Below, in pieces: positions 31,514-48,222 of a DNA stretch of 64,000 bases. The notes beneath the pieces are model-generated. The model was given only the letters and a program-made list of their open reading frames with translations, did not search any database and was not told the DNA's origin. The first letter of the stretch is position 1, and every line of letters starts with the position of its first letter. The stretch lies in contig OZ024741.1 of assembly GCA_964016885.1 (NCBI GenBank), positions 139,066,001 through 139,130,000 of the forward strand, given 5' to 3'. Both the position numbers and the translations under genes were made by a program. Origin of the DNA: Eledone cirrhosa (lineage: Eukaryota).

Positions 31514-32080
31514 CATGTATCCCAGTACAACCTGTCTCATGGTCAGGTCGTTGGCGACTAAACTGGCAACACCACCAGGGTTTTTTGGTGAGGAGGGTGA
31601 CTTTGGACATCCTGTAGGACTAAAAACAAAACCTGTCAAAGGGCAAATGAGCTCTTAAGAGTCAATGGCCATCCAAAATCACCGGGAGAGATGACGCCTT
31701 AGCCTTTGTCAAGGCAGAATTCTAGGAGAAGGAAAACTCTGCAACCCTGATGGTATCCAATGATGTTGACTTGTTCTTCTTTTTGGTAAATATCATCTTG
31801 GTTAAGAGAGTGGGACTGGCTTTGTGCAGTGCCTTTGCTCACTATAAAAGCTTCACGGCACAGGCATTGCTTTATATCTGGAGATCTCTCTGCACTTGTC
31901 GTCACATGGTACCATGGGCCCAGCACTATGTGTCAATAATTGTCGCAAGTGTAGTGTTTGTACCAGAGTTTTCAAGTCGCTGGCTGGACTAAAAAGTCAC
32001 ACTCGTTCAGTGCATCGGCAGGGGTTCTCCTACATGGATATAAAGTATAGCCGTACTCGAAAACGAGTTGGCAGCCACCA
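31513..32080 (+). mobile_element. Short non-autonomous RTE-derived element (5'UTR fused to a 3' end encoding a C2H2 finger)
   Basis: Contains CTAGGAGAAGGAAAACTCTG (RTE-like 5'UTR) and [22 protein letters not shown], and ends GGCAGCCACCA(TGTA)n. A near-identical copy lies at 60011-60587 (-) and a diverged relative at 53165-53450. Confidence 0.7.
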
Positions 32081-32158
32081 TGTATGTATGGATGGATGGA
32101 TTGATGTATGTATGTATGGATGTATGGATGTATGTATGTATGGATGTATGTATGCATG

Positions 32159-32213
<55 letters not shown>

Positions 32214-32220
<7 letters not shown>

Positions 32221-32975
32221 GATATTAACAAATGGAAACTATATTTATAAAACCCTATTTATTTCATTATACATATCTCAAGGATACCAAGTTAAATTAT
32301 GGTATGCCTACATCAGAGAAAATACAATATATACCAGTTTTATAAATAAACATTGACGTACCCTTTCAAAATGCGGCCATTACTTTTGGAAGACATCAGG
32401 AAAGTGGTTTGTTTATTTTAGTAAGTTGTTGTGTTAAGGATAAGTAAAAAGACGGAGAGATTGAGAGAAATGTGGAGAAAAGAAATTTTATTTATTCATT
32501 TCATCTCAAATGTTAACTCAACTTAATATGACATGACTTAAGGTTTTCGTTCTCTCCCCCTCTCTCTATCTCTATATTTCTCTCTCTTGAGTTTTTTCTC
32601 TCTGTCTGGTGGTTTGATATCTCTCTGTTGTTTTCCTCTGTTTTCTTTTTTTCTTTTTTTCTTTTTCTTTTTTTCTTTCTTCTTTTTCTTTATTTATCTC
32701 TCCCTTTCTTTTCTCCACGTTTCTCTCTATCTCTCCATCTTTTTACTTATCCTTAACACAACAACTTACTAAAATAAACAAACCACTATCCTGATGTCTT
32801 CCAAAAGTAATGGTCGCATTTTAAAAGGGTACGTCAATGTTTATTTATAAAACTGGTATATATTGTATTTTGTCTGATGAAGGAATACCATAATTTAACT
32901 TGGTATGCTTGAAATATGTATAATGAAATAAATATGGTTTTATAAATATAGTTTCCATTTGTTAATATCGTATAT
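32214..32975. repeat. Inverted repeat (arms about 32214-32485 and 32705-32975), PLE inverted-pLTR-like
   Basis: The arms are reverse complements with scattered mismatches and carry a hammerhead. Confidence 0.85.
32868..32928 (+). ncRNA. Type I hammerhead in a fold-back repeat
   Basis: TTTTGT-CTGATGA-AGGAATACCA TAATTTAACT TGGTATGCTT-GAAAT-ATGT-ATA-ATGAAA. A decayed inverted copy lies at about 32262-32322. Confidence 0.7.
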
Positions 32976-33194
32976 CTACTCCAAATACTTGTCGAGTGCT
33001 TTATATCAGTTATAAAAAGATTTGCTTGTTGTATCCCAACAATTTAAATAGAACTTTTGCATATATATATATATATATATATATTGGTGGTAACAAACCA
33101 AGCTCTATGCGCAAGTAGGGTAGAAAAAAAACTGCGTTTACATGTATAAGATACACAATAATTAATTTATACATGTGAACGAAACTTTCTCGTT

Positions 33195-33235
<41 letters not shown>

Positions 33236-34651
33236 CAATTAAAACTTAAAAACCACTCCATCGTTGATCCAAGTCTCATGAATAATTCTTCGTAAGATCC
33301 GTCTAAGTAAATTCTTTCACTTCGTCTTTACATATCTGATGTATAATGAGCAAATAACTAACAATCTGTGGTTCATAATGGAGACGTTTTGGGACCTACG
33401 TGTATAAATGGAGATCAAATGTGGATTATAAATAAACATAATGTAGATGTGTCCATATCGCTTATTTATATAGATATATGATTAATAGGGAAAAGGCATA
33501 TATTCTAAGTTGTAAAGGCGTATAAAGTACAATAAAAAATATGAACAACATCAGGTTTCACACAATATTAAGATTTAAAATTAGAAATAATAAACATGTT
33601 CCTGGAAGAAAAGGCAAGGAGGTGATATAAAATAAATAAGAGAGAAAGGAAATAAACACAGAAACGAGTGAGTAGACGTTGAGAGGTGAAAAAAGAAGAC
33701 ATGGAAGATGCAGGAGGTAGGAACAGTTATCTAGCATCAGACACCACATTTTAAATATTCGTTGATTTAAGATTATATTACAAACACGATATATTCTACG
33801 TTCATATGTGAGAGGATTAACAGGAAGAAGCGAGAGAATGCTTGGGTAATATTCCATATGTATTTTTACACGGGTCAAAAATTGATCCTGTTTGTGTTGC
33901 TTCCTGTTACACCTTCAAGCTCAGTATTTCGACAAATGCTGTCTGATACGATAGTTATCATACTGAAATAGGGACTGTCATTGTTATTATGAACTGAAAC
34001 CGTTAGGACTGCACGTCAAAGACCGAGGTAAAATGACCAGGCCCAGTGAACAATAAAACACTCGTCTAGCTACGATTACACAATACGGTCCATAGTTCTT
34101 ATTTTTATAGATACTACAGATGTTTCTAATCACGGATTAAACAACTATGAATGATATCATATAATATTACAAGGATTGTTAATATTAATGTTTCAAGAGC
34201 TTTGGGATATTTTCATGACCTTGTCTGACATTCTTCTTTCTCATATCAGGCGTTATATCAGTTGCTACGTATATATTATTGAGTTAAATAGGACTGATAC
34301 AGCTAGTTGTATATATGTATCATTGAAAAGAGTGCCCAGATGTATTTATCTGATATATTTAACTTACAGGGCATATTCTATAGTTAAATACGATACAAGA
34401 AGTGCTGTTATAGTATGAATCGCGTGGTTTATTCTGCGAGTTAGACAATTTACATTCAAAGCGGTATTTTATAATTTTTTTTAATTGTTATTTTTATTGA
34501 AGATTTGGCGACGTCATTTGTTTCTTGAATGTTAGGACACGGTCGAATAATACAGCCAAGGCCGACGCTATTAATAAGGCCAACTAGGCAGTCGCTTCGG
34601 GCCCAAACCTCAGAAAAGCGCATTACTGAAACTTATAGTATCCATTTTATA

Positions 34652-34995
34652 CAAGGCGTATGGCTTAGTGGTTAGCGCGCTGGGCTTACAATCGTGAGGT
34701 TGTGAGTTCGATTCTCAGACCAGCTGAGGCGTTATGTCCTTGAGCAAGACACTTTATTTTACATTGCTCCAATTTACTCAGCTGAAAAAATGAGTTGTGA
34801 CGTCAGTGGTATCAAGCAGTAACTGCCATTTCCTTTCCCTTCGACAACATCGGTGGTGTAAAGAGGGAGACTGGTATGCATGGGCGACTGCTGGTTTACC
34901 CCCAAAAATAACCTTTCCCGGACTTGCATCTCGAAAGAGAACTTTTTAGGTGCAAATCACAGGGTCATTAGTGACAGAATGGGGTCTTTACCCTT
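34652..34995 (+). mobile_element. tRNA-derived SINE (type 1, long)
   Basis: TGGCTTAGTGG, GTTCGATTC and GTCCTTGAGCAAGACACTTTA. Relatives lie at about 10310-10560 (-), 11235-11530 (+), 37640-37916 (-) and 63670-63852 (-). Confidence 0.8.
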
Positions 34996-37394
34996 ATATG
35001 ATTAATTTAAATATATTTTTCCTGCAATTAATAAATCAATCACTAAACATAATTTCGGCGTAGCAGCATTGCTGATATATCCAAAATGTTGGAGATATGT
35101 ATATGGTATGTGGTATTTGATTGTGTACTGAAAAATGTGGGCCTAGTCATTTTCTGACTATTCTTAGAAAACACAGTGGAAATTATTTTACACGAAAGAG
35201 GAAGGCCCGAACTTATTCCCCACAATATTTCAGATTCTGGCAGCATTCCATTTTTCCAGTTTGACTATGAAATAATTTATTTATTTCATGCTTCTTGGTA
35301 GATTATTGTAAATTAAAGGTACAAAAGTGCATAAGAAGTACCATTTGGATTTAGTTTTCCTCTTAAAAAAAAAAGATGTGTTCAATATAAAGCAGAACAA
35401 AATGAAACATTTATTTAATAAACTAAAGGAGATGCCTAAAGATTTATTTCTTGTTCAAATTAAATATCTTCAATTTTCATCATTTATTCAATTTCCATTC
35501 AAAGAATGTGTTTCTAGTAATTTCCGTTAAATTCACTTTAGCATGAGGTAGATAGAGAAATATAGAAATTCCTTTGATTACAAGCATGTTTTATTCAATT
35601 GTCTTAGATGGAAACCTGAAGTACGGAAGAAATGTTCTGTGTACAATATTTAGAATGGTGGAAAATGCTGCGGGGGTATAGAGATATATTTGTAATCACG
35701 TCGATTCGATTTCACATTTGCTGCATAGCATCTGAGCAAAGAACCTTCTAGGCTGCCACGGTCTTAACAATACTTTCAGTGAAATTTGGCACAAGTAGTT
35801 GCCTCACGTTGAATGTAAACACATCTAAACCGACCCATCCTATCAAGTAAACGCAATTCATCATCATTAAGTCACTCTCACCCAACAGTCACACACCGCA
35901 CTAGAGATGCATTAATATTCAAATGCGTACATCATACCCAAACACTACAGCAAATCCTAACCGAAAAAGCACCAATTAAATGTTTATCTGTTCGACAAAA
36001 AATGTGCCAGGCATATACAAACTATATTCTGGAGTCTATATGATAGATTCAATTCATTTATGACGTTGCATTAACATGGCCTGAGCATCTAAAAGAAAAC
36101 CCACAAATATCTCTGAAAGCAAGTAAACGTATGCTTTCTAACCTTCCATGTATCGTTTAGAGTTTTCTTTAGTAAATCGTTTCATTAAATATACGGGGTA
36201 TGTACGATATGAGCAGATACAACACTGCTTAGCAGACATATTCTTCTTTTTAAGGCTAATCTCTTCTTGAGAACTGTCTTTATTGATGTGTAACCATTTC
36301 TGTTGCGCTGTTTGTGAGAATGCAAATTTTGTTTTAAAAGATTAACCCCACATTTCAACATCAATTTCAATGCAGTCTCGAGAGACCATGTTAGATATGC
36401 CATTGTTTGTTGCCATTTTAAGAACCCTGCAGCGATTACTGCATTTGTGAAATCTAATATGTGAGAGTTAGCCGTCAACCCGTCCTGCAATTGGTACAGA
36501 TTTCAGCGATACTCCTTTATTCATTATTCACTGCTGTGAGAAGACGCATTGCTTTTGTGCATGTGGTGATACAGAGTGCTGAGATCCTTATCTTGCTATT
36601 TACCAGCAGTTTGGACATACATTGCAGGTGATATGTTTCTCTTGAAACGAGATTTGAATAAGATATGTTGTCTTCCAACATACCTAGTTTTATTAGTTAA
36701 TAGAACATAAAGAGACGTAACTATATGCTGTAAAGCATGTTGTCCGAGGCTCTACCGATACTGCCAATCCACCACCCTTGTGCCTTAATTAATAATAACA
36801 TATATATTATCAACTAGCTTAAAGGCAAAATGTAATTCAATGCACATATTTCCACGCTGCAGACATCTGGTGTTAGTCGAAGATTGAACCAATATAACAA
36901 GATAGAAGCGTAGTAATGATGAGAATATTAAACATTTACAATTTATCACATGTAAAAAAAAAATATGAAATATTATATTGAATATGTTTCTGTTGCAATT
37001 ATACTCATTTTTTTATTTCCTGTGTTTTTTTCTAAAACATTATTTAGAATAATTATTAATTTTTAATGGTTTTGTAATTAGTTAATGATTAAACTGTTTG
37101 GTACACTATACACAGTGCTGAAACATTGGGAGGAATTAGAGGAATCTGAGGCAAGATATTCTTCTGAACCTTCCACTTTTCAGACATGCATTTAGGTTGT
37201 AGAAAATGGTATATTTTCTTTGAATAAGACATTCTCATTTAAGTAGCGTGAATCAGCTCGAAAAACGATTGGATCTAAAAGAATTTAAAAAGTTGACGAA
37301 AAAGCAATATAATTCTTCAAGATGGGGTATTCCCTTTTTAATTTGTGGTAGCTTTCGTAAAGAAGGCTACCGCAGATTTTGTGAACACTTTTCC

Positions 37395-37439
<45 letters not shown>

Positions 37440-38835
37440 AATAAAGATTCAGCGAGAATCGCATTTTCGGCGGGCAGGAAAGGCGAAGCGAAACGCAAAA
37501 ATCACAAATGATACTGGCAAAGTATTCAATAGTTAAAAACCAGAGCTAAATAATGTGTTAAGAAGCCATACAAAATTGAAAAGGTGGTCAAGAAAGCGTT
37601 AACGAATGATCGTGTGATTCGCACCTTTAATCTTCCCCTCCGAGGTACAACTCAAAGCAAGGTTGTTTGTGGAGAGCCAGCAGTCGCCAATGTATACTGG
37701 TCTCCTCTTTGCACGCCACTGATGCTGTTTAAGGGAAAGACAATGGCAGCTGCAGCTTGGCGCCAGTGTCGTTGCAACACCCTTCTACACCTAAATGAAC
37801 TGTAGCAACGTTATATAATGTGTCTTTCTCAAGGAAACAACGCAAAGCCCATTCCCAGAATCGAATTTACAACCTCACGATTTTAAGCCTGATACTCTAA
37901 CCACTAGCCATGCGCCATTCTGTCCATTGGGACGAATGGGTGGACCCTTAAGTTACAATCATGGTTATGGTGTGTGGTTTTGATCCTTTTATTACAAATT
38001 TAAAAAAAAATAATTAGGAATTTTTATGTGTAATGACATTTGGAAAAGTTAAACTACCGTCTTTATATGATACATTCGGATCGTTAAAGGCTTTATTTTC
38101 TATTTCTAAAACACGGAATGAAAGGTTTCACAAACACCAAAAATGAATATACCCTTGTGTTACCTTTCCAAATTTAACGGGAATTTGAAGGCCTCTTGAT
38201 ATATATACTTCACCATCACAATAAAAAAAAAAGTAATTTCACAAAGAATTAGAGAATATATTATTATACCAGCTCTAAAAGGAAGTTATAGAAACTTTTA
38301 AGGAGATGAACATTGAACCTATAATTAATGTTATTCTTCTAAGTAACAGTACGATATTTACCGTATTCATGACGCTGCACAAGTCAATCGTTTAAATTTT
38401 CTATACAACTTATGTTTAATATTCTTATGTACAATTCAAGTTACTTCAATCCCAGCAAATATGTGTTGCTGTTAAATTACTTTTGCTTAGAATTTCGAAA
38501 CGTTTCTTATTTTACTCTAGCGTTTGAGAAATATACGTTATTCACCTTAATAGTAATGATAGATGCTTCTATCCCTTCCAGAGGCAGGAAGATGTGACAG
38601 AATTGGCAGTACATATTGATATCTGAACTCAGAAAGCAAAGCATAATCGTTTTAAATAAGAACTACCAAAATGAGAATTTTAAACTAAAGAGAAAAACAT
38701 TACAATGAATGAAAGATAGACGTGACTGTCAAATAGAAGCAAGAGGTGGTAATATTATGAGAGAATGTACCAATGAGTGACAGAGAAGTAAATTACATTG
38801 GTACGTTACTGGTTATATTGTTACACAGAAAAGAA

Positions 38836-38933
38836 AGAGGGCTGAAGGAATTACTCATACACACAGGCGAATAGATGCTTTCACTCATTTATATATAATG
38901 TAGTGTGTGTGTTCATCTCTCACTCTCTCTCTC

Positions 38934-39027
<94 letters not shown>

Positions 39028-39146
39028 TATACATATATATATATAGATATGCAGAGAGAGAGTGAGAGATAAACACACACTAATCTACATTATATATAAA
39101 TGAGTGAAAGCATCTATTCGCCTGTGTGTATGAGTAATTCCTTCAG

Positions 39147-39155
<9 letters not shown>
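38836..39155. repeat. Fold-back duplication around a (TA)n array
   Basis: 38836-38940 is the reverse complement of about 39046-39155. Confidence 0.85.
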
Positions 39156-39238
<83 letters not shown>

Positions 39239-39301
39239 GCACACACTAATATATATATATATATATATATATTTCTTTTTTAATAATTTATTGACCTGTT
39301 T

Positions 39302-39937
<636 letters not shown>

Positions 39938-39942
39938 AGGTG

Positions 39943-40160
39943 AAGGCGTGTGGCTGAGTGGTTAGAGAATTGGATTCGCAATCGTAAGGTTGTGAGTTCG
40001 ATTCCTGGACCAGGCGATGCGTTATGTCCTTGAGCAAGACGCTTTATTTCACGTTGCTCCTTCTACCTGGAGTTGCGACCGATAGATAGTATTAGCAATT
40101 GGAAAGACCAACGGAAACATTGTTCCCTCGGTCCGATTTGACGAAAGTCGGTCGTTCCTT
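39943..40160 (+). mobile_element. tRNA-derived SINE (type 1)
   Basis: A box TGGCTGAGTGG, B box GTTCGATTCC and core GTCCTTGAGCAAGAC.CTTTA. The same chimeric tail occurs at 10085-10285 (-). Confidence 0.85.
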
Positions 40161-40223
40161 TTTATATATATATATACATTTATATATATTTATATATATA
40201 TATATATAGTTTTAATATAGATG

Positions 40224-40274
40224 AGATTCTACAGGACTAGAACTGTTTCATTCTTTAGAAATCATCAGGAATCT
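40224..40274 (-). ncRNA. Type I hammerhead, inverted pLTR copy
   Basis: Exact reverse complement of 40454-40504. Confidence 0.82.
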
Positions 40275-40453
40275 GGGTATCAACTAATAAATATGGTATT
40301 TATAGGTCTCTACAAGTGGTAGGAGAGGGTGGGGAGTGGGATGGGTGTAGGTCATTGGTTGATAGAAAACCAATGACCTACACCCATCCCACTCCCCACC
40401 CTCTCCTACCACTTGTAGAGACCTATAAATACCATATTTATTTTTTGATACCC

Positions 40454-40504
40454 AGATTCCTGATGATTTCTAAAGAATGAAACAGTTCTAGTCCTGTAGA
40501 ATCT
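40454..40504 (+). ncRNA. Type I hammerhead ribozyme (canonical core) in the 5' pLTR
   Basis: AGATTC-CTGATGA-TTTCTAAAGAAT-GAAACAG-TTCTAGTC-CTGTA-GAATCT: 6-bp stem I, 4-bp stem III, GUA site (cut predicted after 40498). Confidence 0.85.
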
Positions 40505-40634
40505 CATCTATATTAAAACTTTTATACTCTGCAATGTATTGAGTACCTTACTTACTGTGGTTACCTCCGATTCAACCCGGAATAACGTACTTTTTAGCAC
40601 TCCCTGTGCCCCTTATAACCATCATCAAGAAACC

Positions 40635-42781
40635 ATGCTGACCAAACTCGACCTTCATATTTCCTTGAAGAACATCCCTATCCCTCCAAGGAAACTATAC
40701 ATAAAAACACTCATCAGACGTACCGACGAGTTCATCAAGCGAATTAGATGGAGGGCCTTCTTCCTCGACGACCCTGTTGTAGCATCTACCAATGATGAGA
40801 AGTTCGGCTTCAAAACGAATAAGACACCACCCACCAACAGCCTACTCCAACCATTTGAAGAAGACCTCTTCAAGATGATCAAGGATATTAAATTTTGTAG
40901 AGCTACCACACCATTCCAGGCCTACTTAAATGCCGAATTACGGAATATAAAAAAATCACCTAATCTTTATGTCTCCTCCGATAAAACCAAAAACGTTTAT
41001 GAGGTAGACCCACAGACCTACAATAAGCTGGCAAAAAATACCATCACGACCACCTACAAAAAGGTAATAGAGATGGCACTGACTGAGACAAACGCGGCCG
41101 GAAAAGAAATCGCCAGGTCCCTTAAACTACACGACCGAACCGAACATTTAAGGGTAAAGACCCCGCACTTTACCCTGAAGGACCATAAGGGAAACTTCCT
41201 CAACAAACCATCAGTCAGACTTATCAACCCCACTCGTTCTGACATCGGCTCTATCAGTAAGAAGATCCTGGATAGAGTTCTACCATCATTGCGGGCAGCC
41301 TCACCACTTCCACTCTGGAGCAGAGCATCTGAGGCAATATCATGGTTCCAAAAATTACCCGACAAACACCACACTCGCTTCCTGCAACTCGACATAGAAA
41401 ACTACTATGCCTCTATCTCGGAGCCCCTCCTGAGGGACGCAATTAACTTTGCCATGAATTTTACCAACATTACCGATGCTGAGCAAGTTGTTATCCTCCA
41501 CGCTCGTAAGACCTTTCTATACCACGATGGATCTTACTGGATCAACAAGAAATCTCAGACCCCATTTGACGTTAGCATGGGGGCGAGTGACTCGTCTGAA
41601 ATTAGCGACCTTGTGGGCCTGTACATCCTACATCACCTGAAGAACCTCTTTACCGGACTAACGGGAGGTTAATACCGAGACGACTGCCTCTTCGCCCTGC
41701 ATAAGGTTAACCCCCGAACCACCGATGGGTTTCGGAAAAAACTTAAGCTCATTCTTCTCTAATCTAGGATTTAGTATAACTATAGAATCTAAATTGACTA
41801 GGGCCAACTTCTTAGATGTCACTCTCGACCTAGATACTTCCTTCTATTACCAGTACCACAAACCTAACGAGTCCCTTAAATATATTAATGTTAATTCAAA
41901 CCACCCCCAAAACATCACTGATAACCGAGTAAAAAGCGTCTCTATTAGAATATCTGGCCTCTCCGCCAACAAAGATATTTTTAACGCATCTGCCTCCTAC
42001 TACAATGACGCCCTCGCCCGTAGCGGTTTTAAAGATAAGATAACATACCTAGAAACCACCGCAAGATTGCAGAGGAGGAACAGACATAGGCAGATTAGCT
42101 GGTACAACCCTCCCTTCAATAGAGAGGTATCTACTCCGATAGCTAGGATTTTCTTCACTTTGCTGAAATTACACTTCCCCATACAACATAGGTACCACAC
42201 CATCTTTAATAAGAACACAATAAGACTCTCCTACTCCACCACACCTAACCTAGCTAGGAATATAGCCAACCACAATTCTAAAAAATTAAATAAGCCAACC
42301 ACCTCCGAAACCCAATCCCCGGACTGGGGCTCTATGTAATTGCCTAAATAAGGAAGCATGCCCACTTGAAAACAAATGCCTCACAAATGATATCGTATAC
42401 AAATGCGATGTCATCTCAGGCACCGATGATTGCATAAAAACTTACATCGGCATGACCTCCAACAACTTTAAGACCCGTTGGTATGCCCATATCCACTCCT
42501 TCAGAAGACCGGACAAATTAAACCAGACAACACTCGCCTCCTACGTTTGGGACCTCAAAAGGAACTCTACCCTCTTCACGCTTAAATGGAAAATACTCCA
42601 GAAAGCGCGCTCTTACAACGGAGGACACAAGGGCTGCGACCTTTGTATTTCAGAGAGTTACGAAATTTTATTCGCCAAGGGCCCGCTACTGAACAAACTC
42701 TCTGAACACTGCCCGAACTGCATGCACAAGAACTTTGCAACATTCAAACACTTTAAGCCAGTGTTAAAGCCCGATGGCTAA
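40635..42781 (+). pseudogene. Naiad-like PLE RT + Cys-rich linker + GIY-YIG (one nonsense codon, two frameshifts)
   Basis: SLKNIPIP...RIRWRAFF; RLINP.RSDIG; LDIENYY; FDVSMGA; G*YRDD (probably TTA>TAA at 41670); NFLDVTLDL...YHKPN...SNHP; WYNPPFN; CNCLNKEACPLENKCL; IVYKCDV...YIGMTSNNFKTRW; CDLCISE...LLNK...CMH. The clade call rests on remembered Naiad motifs. Confidence 0.88.
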
Positions 42782-42904
42782 AAACGACCTCCCGCTATTG
42801 GCCCCTATACCTCTTTCCTACCCTACCCCCACCCCTCCTCAACCTGAAATACGGCCACTATGGTTATGTGAGTACCTCTTACCTATCTACATTTTCTGCC
42901 TGTA

Positions 42905-44608
<1,704 letters not shown>

Positions 44609-45065
44609 GAATTTGTCTGTTGATTTTTGGCATTTAGTTGATTGGTTTAAGAGAAGTTTGAAGATAATTGTAAGATATGCACTTAGTATTTTGAATCTGT
44701 CCACAGAATCCTCTAAACCTTTGTTACTTAGTAGAACCTTAATGATTTTAGCTCTTAAAGAATCTCCCTTTCTTTTAAATCTATCTACCATGACTGACCC
44801 CCCCCCCCACTGATCTTATAGGTATCTGTTAGCTTAAGAGAAACTTAATAACAAGGAATGGTATGCCATCCGGAACCTGTTTATAGAATTCTGTCTGCCT
44901 TTGTTACTCTAAAAACAAAATAAATAAAAATAAACTATAGCTCTGTAGAATTAGCTTTTAATGAATTCCCTTTTCTATCAACCAATGACCTACACCCATC
45001 CCACTCCCCACCCTCTCCTACCACTTGTAGAGACCTATAAATACCATATTTATTTTTTGATACCC

Positions 45066-45116
45066 AGATTCCTGATGATTTCTAAAGAATGAAACAGTTC
45101 TAGTCCTGTAGAATCT
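45066..45116 (+). ncRNA. Type I hammerhead in the 3' pLTR
   Basis: Identical to 40454-40504. Confidence 0.85.
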
Positions 45117-45201
45117 CATCTATATTAAAACTTTTATACTCTGCAATGTATTGAGTACCTTATTTATTGTGGTTACCTCCGATTCAACCCGGAATAACGT
45201 A

Positions 45202-45271
<70 letters not shown>

Positions 45272-45692
45272 CGAGTGTATTTATATATATTCTCCACAAC
45301 ACTTCAGTATTATTGAACAACAGTAAACTCACGACTGACAATGATCGCTTCTCTTGCTTAACCTACTTCACTTTCGACGTTTGATTAAAACAGAATTGTT
45401 CTGCATTCAACTCTGAATATTTAATGTACAAAGCTGACTGTAGACACATTAATAGCAGAACATAGATATATATTCACCCCAACTTTAAAAATGGGTACAC
45501 AAGAAAGAGGATAGGAAAACGAAAAGCAACAATAACAGTCTTAACCCACATGCGCGCTCAGAACAAACCGCTGGAAGACACCATGAAGAATCTTTACAAT
45601 TTTGACCATGATCCGTTAATATTTCCATTGCTTTCACGTTTCAGGTTCATTCGGTAACTTCGGGTACCCACTTCATTAATGTATATATGTAT

Positions 45693-45745
<53 letters not shown>

Positions 45746-45748
45746 TAT

Positions 45749-45821
<73 letters not shown>

Positions 45822-45959
45822 CGTGTGTGTGCGTGTGTGTGTGTGCGTGTGTGTATTTGTGTGTGTGTTTTATTTTTGCACACTTCAATTTATTTTTCTT
45901 CAAACACACACATACGCAAACATGACATCCGTTTCTCCGTTTTATGCATGTTTCCAAAC

Positions 45960-47010
45960 AAATGGAATCCTTACTCTTCGCAAACCTGCAACAGCAGGAC
46001 CTCTTCTCGCACTCGATTTCAAGATGCTAATATATGTGTCAGCTCTAACAAAATTTCCACACCTATGTTGCTGAGATGCGCTCATATTCCCTATTGCCTG
46101 TGCCACCCCCCCCCCCCAGTCCCACAGGGACCTTTCTGCAGCAAATGTACCACCATGAACAGGCGGAAGGTTGCTGACATTATTCAACGTGCGACGGTTT
46201 CAATCATCTATCTTGCGTTGGCCTGACACGACGGGCCTCGAATGCGGTCTCAACGAGGCAGCTACGGCTATACATATCTACCACATCAACAAGTGATACA
46301 GTATGCCAGCCCAATACTGAGCCCTCACTGGTCAACGTAACTCGTCTCAGACGACTTTGGAAGATCTCCTTAAGATCCCGAAATAAAAACCGAGTTCCGG
46401 GGCCGATACCCTCGCTTCCTCAATCTGAAAATCCTTGGATTCCGATCGACACAGCGATTGGGAGCGATTGTTTTATTTCGCTCCACTTGCCATAGGTTTC
46501 CCCGACTCTTATAGTAATCGATGTGGCCTCTTGACAACGGTTCTGGTCAAGGCCAAACTTTCGACCTTCGAGCATGTGTCCGTACCCAATTTACCCGAGC
46601 AGGTCAAATTCCACTCATTGGTGTGCCCACTGTCCTCCATCTCTGAAAGAGTTTACGCGACTGGATAAACGCTAACCTCATCGGCTTCCGTCAGATTTGT
46701 CGCCCCTGACACCACTATCCGCTACACCATTGCAGAAGTTGTGGCTGTTCTCCGGCCACATGCACATCTCAGACCCATAAACCCACCTGATCCTCAACCG
46801 CTATACCGGAAATCATTTCTGCTCTGAGGTCTTTCCATGCTAGCAACATCAGAGGAGACGATGGTCTCCGAGCCGGCCACATCAAATAGATGTTTGCAAC
46901 CACCCCCTTACTGCCGAAATCGGGTACCGTCTGCTGAGCAATATTCTGGCCCTCATTAACAGATTTATGCACGACACACGGGACCGGTATTCGCGAGGCC
47001 TCTTCTGTTC
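45960..47010 (+). pseudogene. Decayed N-terminal fragment of a CRE-like retrotransposon
   Basis: GC-rich block with DWERLFYFAPLAI and EIISALRSFHASNIRGDDGLRAGHIK, which resembles the GPDGLRP.HL motif also seen at 16.06 kb. Confidence 0.5.
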
Positions 47011-47184
47011 GTTCCGCCTCACAAGGAAATTTGAGGGATAATGTGTTAGTTAATATAGGATGTTTGCTTGCCATATCCATGTCACATCTATGCTACACAC
47101 ACAGAGAAGCTTATTTGAATATTCAGGCGATGGTTATATTCCAGCACAAGGAGGTTACCATCATCTATCTATCTATTTATCTAT

Positions 47185-47246
<62 letters not shown>

Positions 47247-47521
47247 ATCTACCTATATAAATATATATATGTGTGTGTGTGTATGTGTGTGTGTGTCTGT
47301 CTGTGTGTGTGTCACGTGTGTGTGTTTATATCGGCATGTGTTTGTGTATTTAGTTATTTCGATGAGAGTATCAAAGAGCTGTTGATTTACAACATCTACG
47401 TGCTTGGCAAGAAATAACATTTGTCAGCCTTATTCTGGTTACTGTGTGATGTGTAATATTTTATTCACGAGCCATCTATGTCCAAAGAAAAAAACCCACT
47501 GTGAATGTTGAGCTTGCGTAC

Positions 47522-47606
<85 letters not shown>

Positions 47607-48125
47607 CAACGATTGAAGTTGCCAATCTTATTTATGTACAGCCATAAAATACTTCAGTCGTATGCTGCAGATCAGATATATGCGATATAACTTTTTCCAG
47701 TGTAGCAAATGTCAAAAAAGTTTCCTCAACTAATAGTGTTGAATATATTACAATATAGCGCGGCATACAGACTCTATCAAACAAGCCTTTCACCAGATGC
47801 ACGCTCACATACACAGATACAGATATATACGTTGTCCGAATGTATACATATATATATATAAAAACGTAGTATTTGTTTTGGTGTTTGGACGACACGAAGG
47901 AATGTCGTGAAAAGTTAAATCTTATAAGTTACAGATAAATAAATTGGAAAAAACGTTCTAATAAAATACAGGTTGGTGATTAAATTATTTGCCGCAAATA
48001 GAAAGTGAAGAAGCGATCTGCAGTATCGAGAGGAAAATGTCATCAATGTTTAACGAAAAATGAAAAGAGGTGAGAAAGGATATATATTCGGAGACACTAT
48101 GTCTTTTAAATGGATACATTCTGTC

Positions 48126-48222
<97 letters not shown>

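Noticed and set aside
35580-36660. Decayed DNA transposase or host exon
   Set aside because: Only faint motif traces (FSEIWHK*LPHV) with many stops and no TIRs found. It would need a tBLASTx or Dfam search.
39943-40020. tRNA gene (also 34652-34725)
   Set aside because: The A and B boxes continue into a repeated SINE body, and there is no clean cloverleaf.
41670-41672. Selenocysteine or read-through recoding in the Naiad-like ORF
   Set aside because: The stop is TAA at a Leu position (GLYRDD), not TGA at a Cys position, so it is a simple nonsense mutation.
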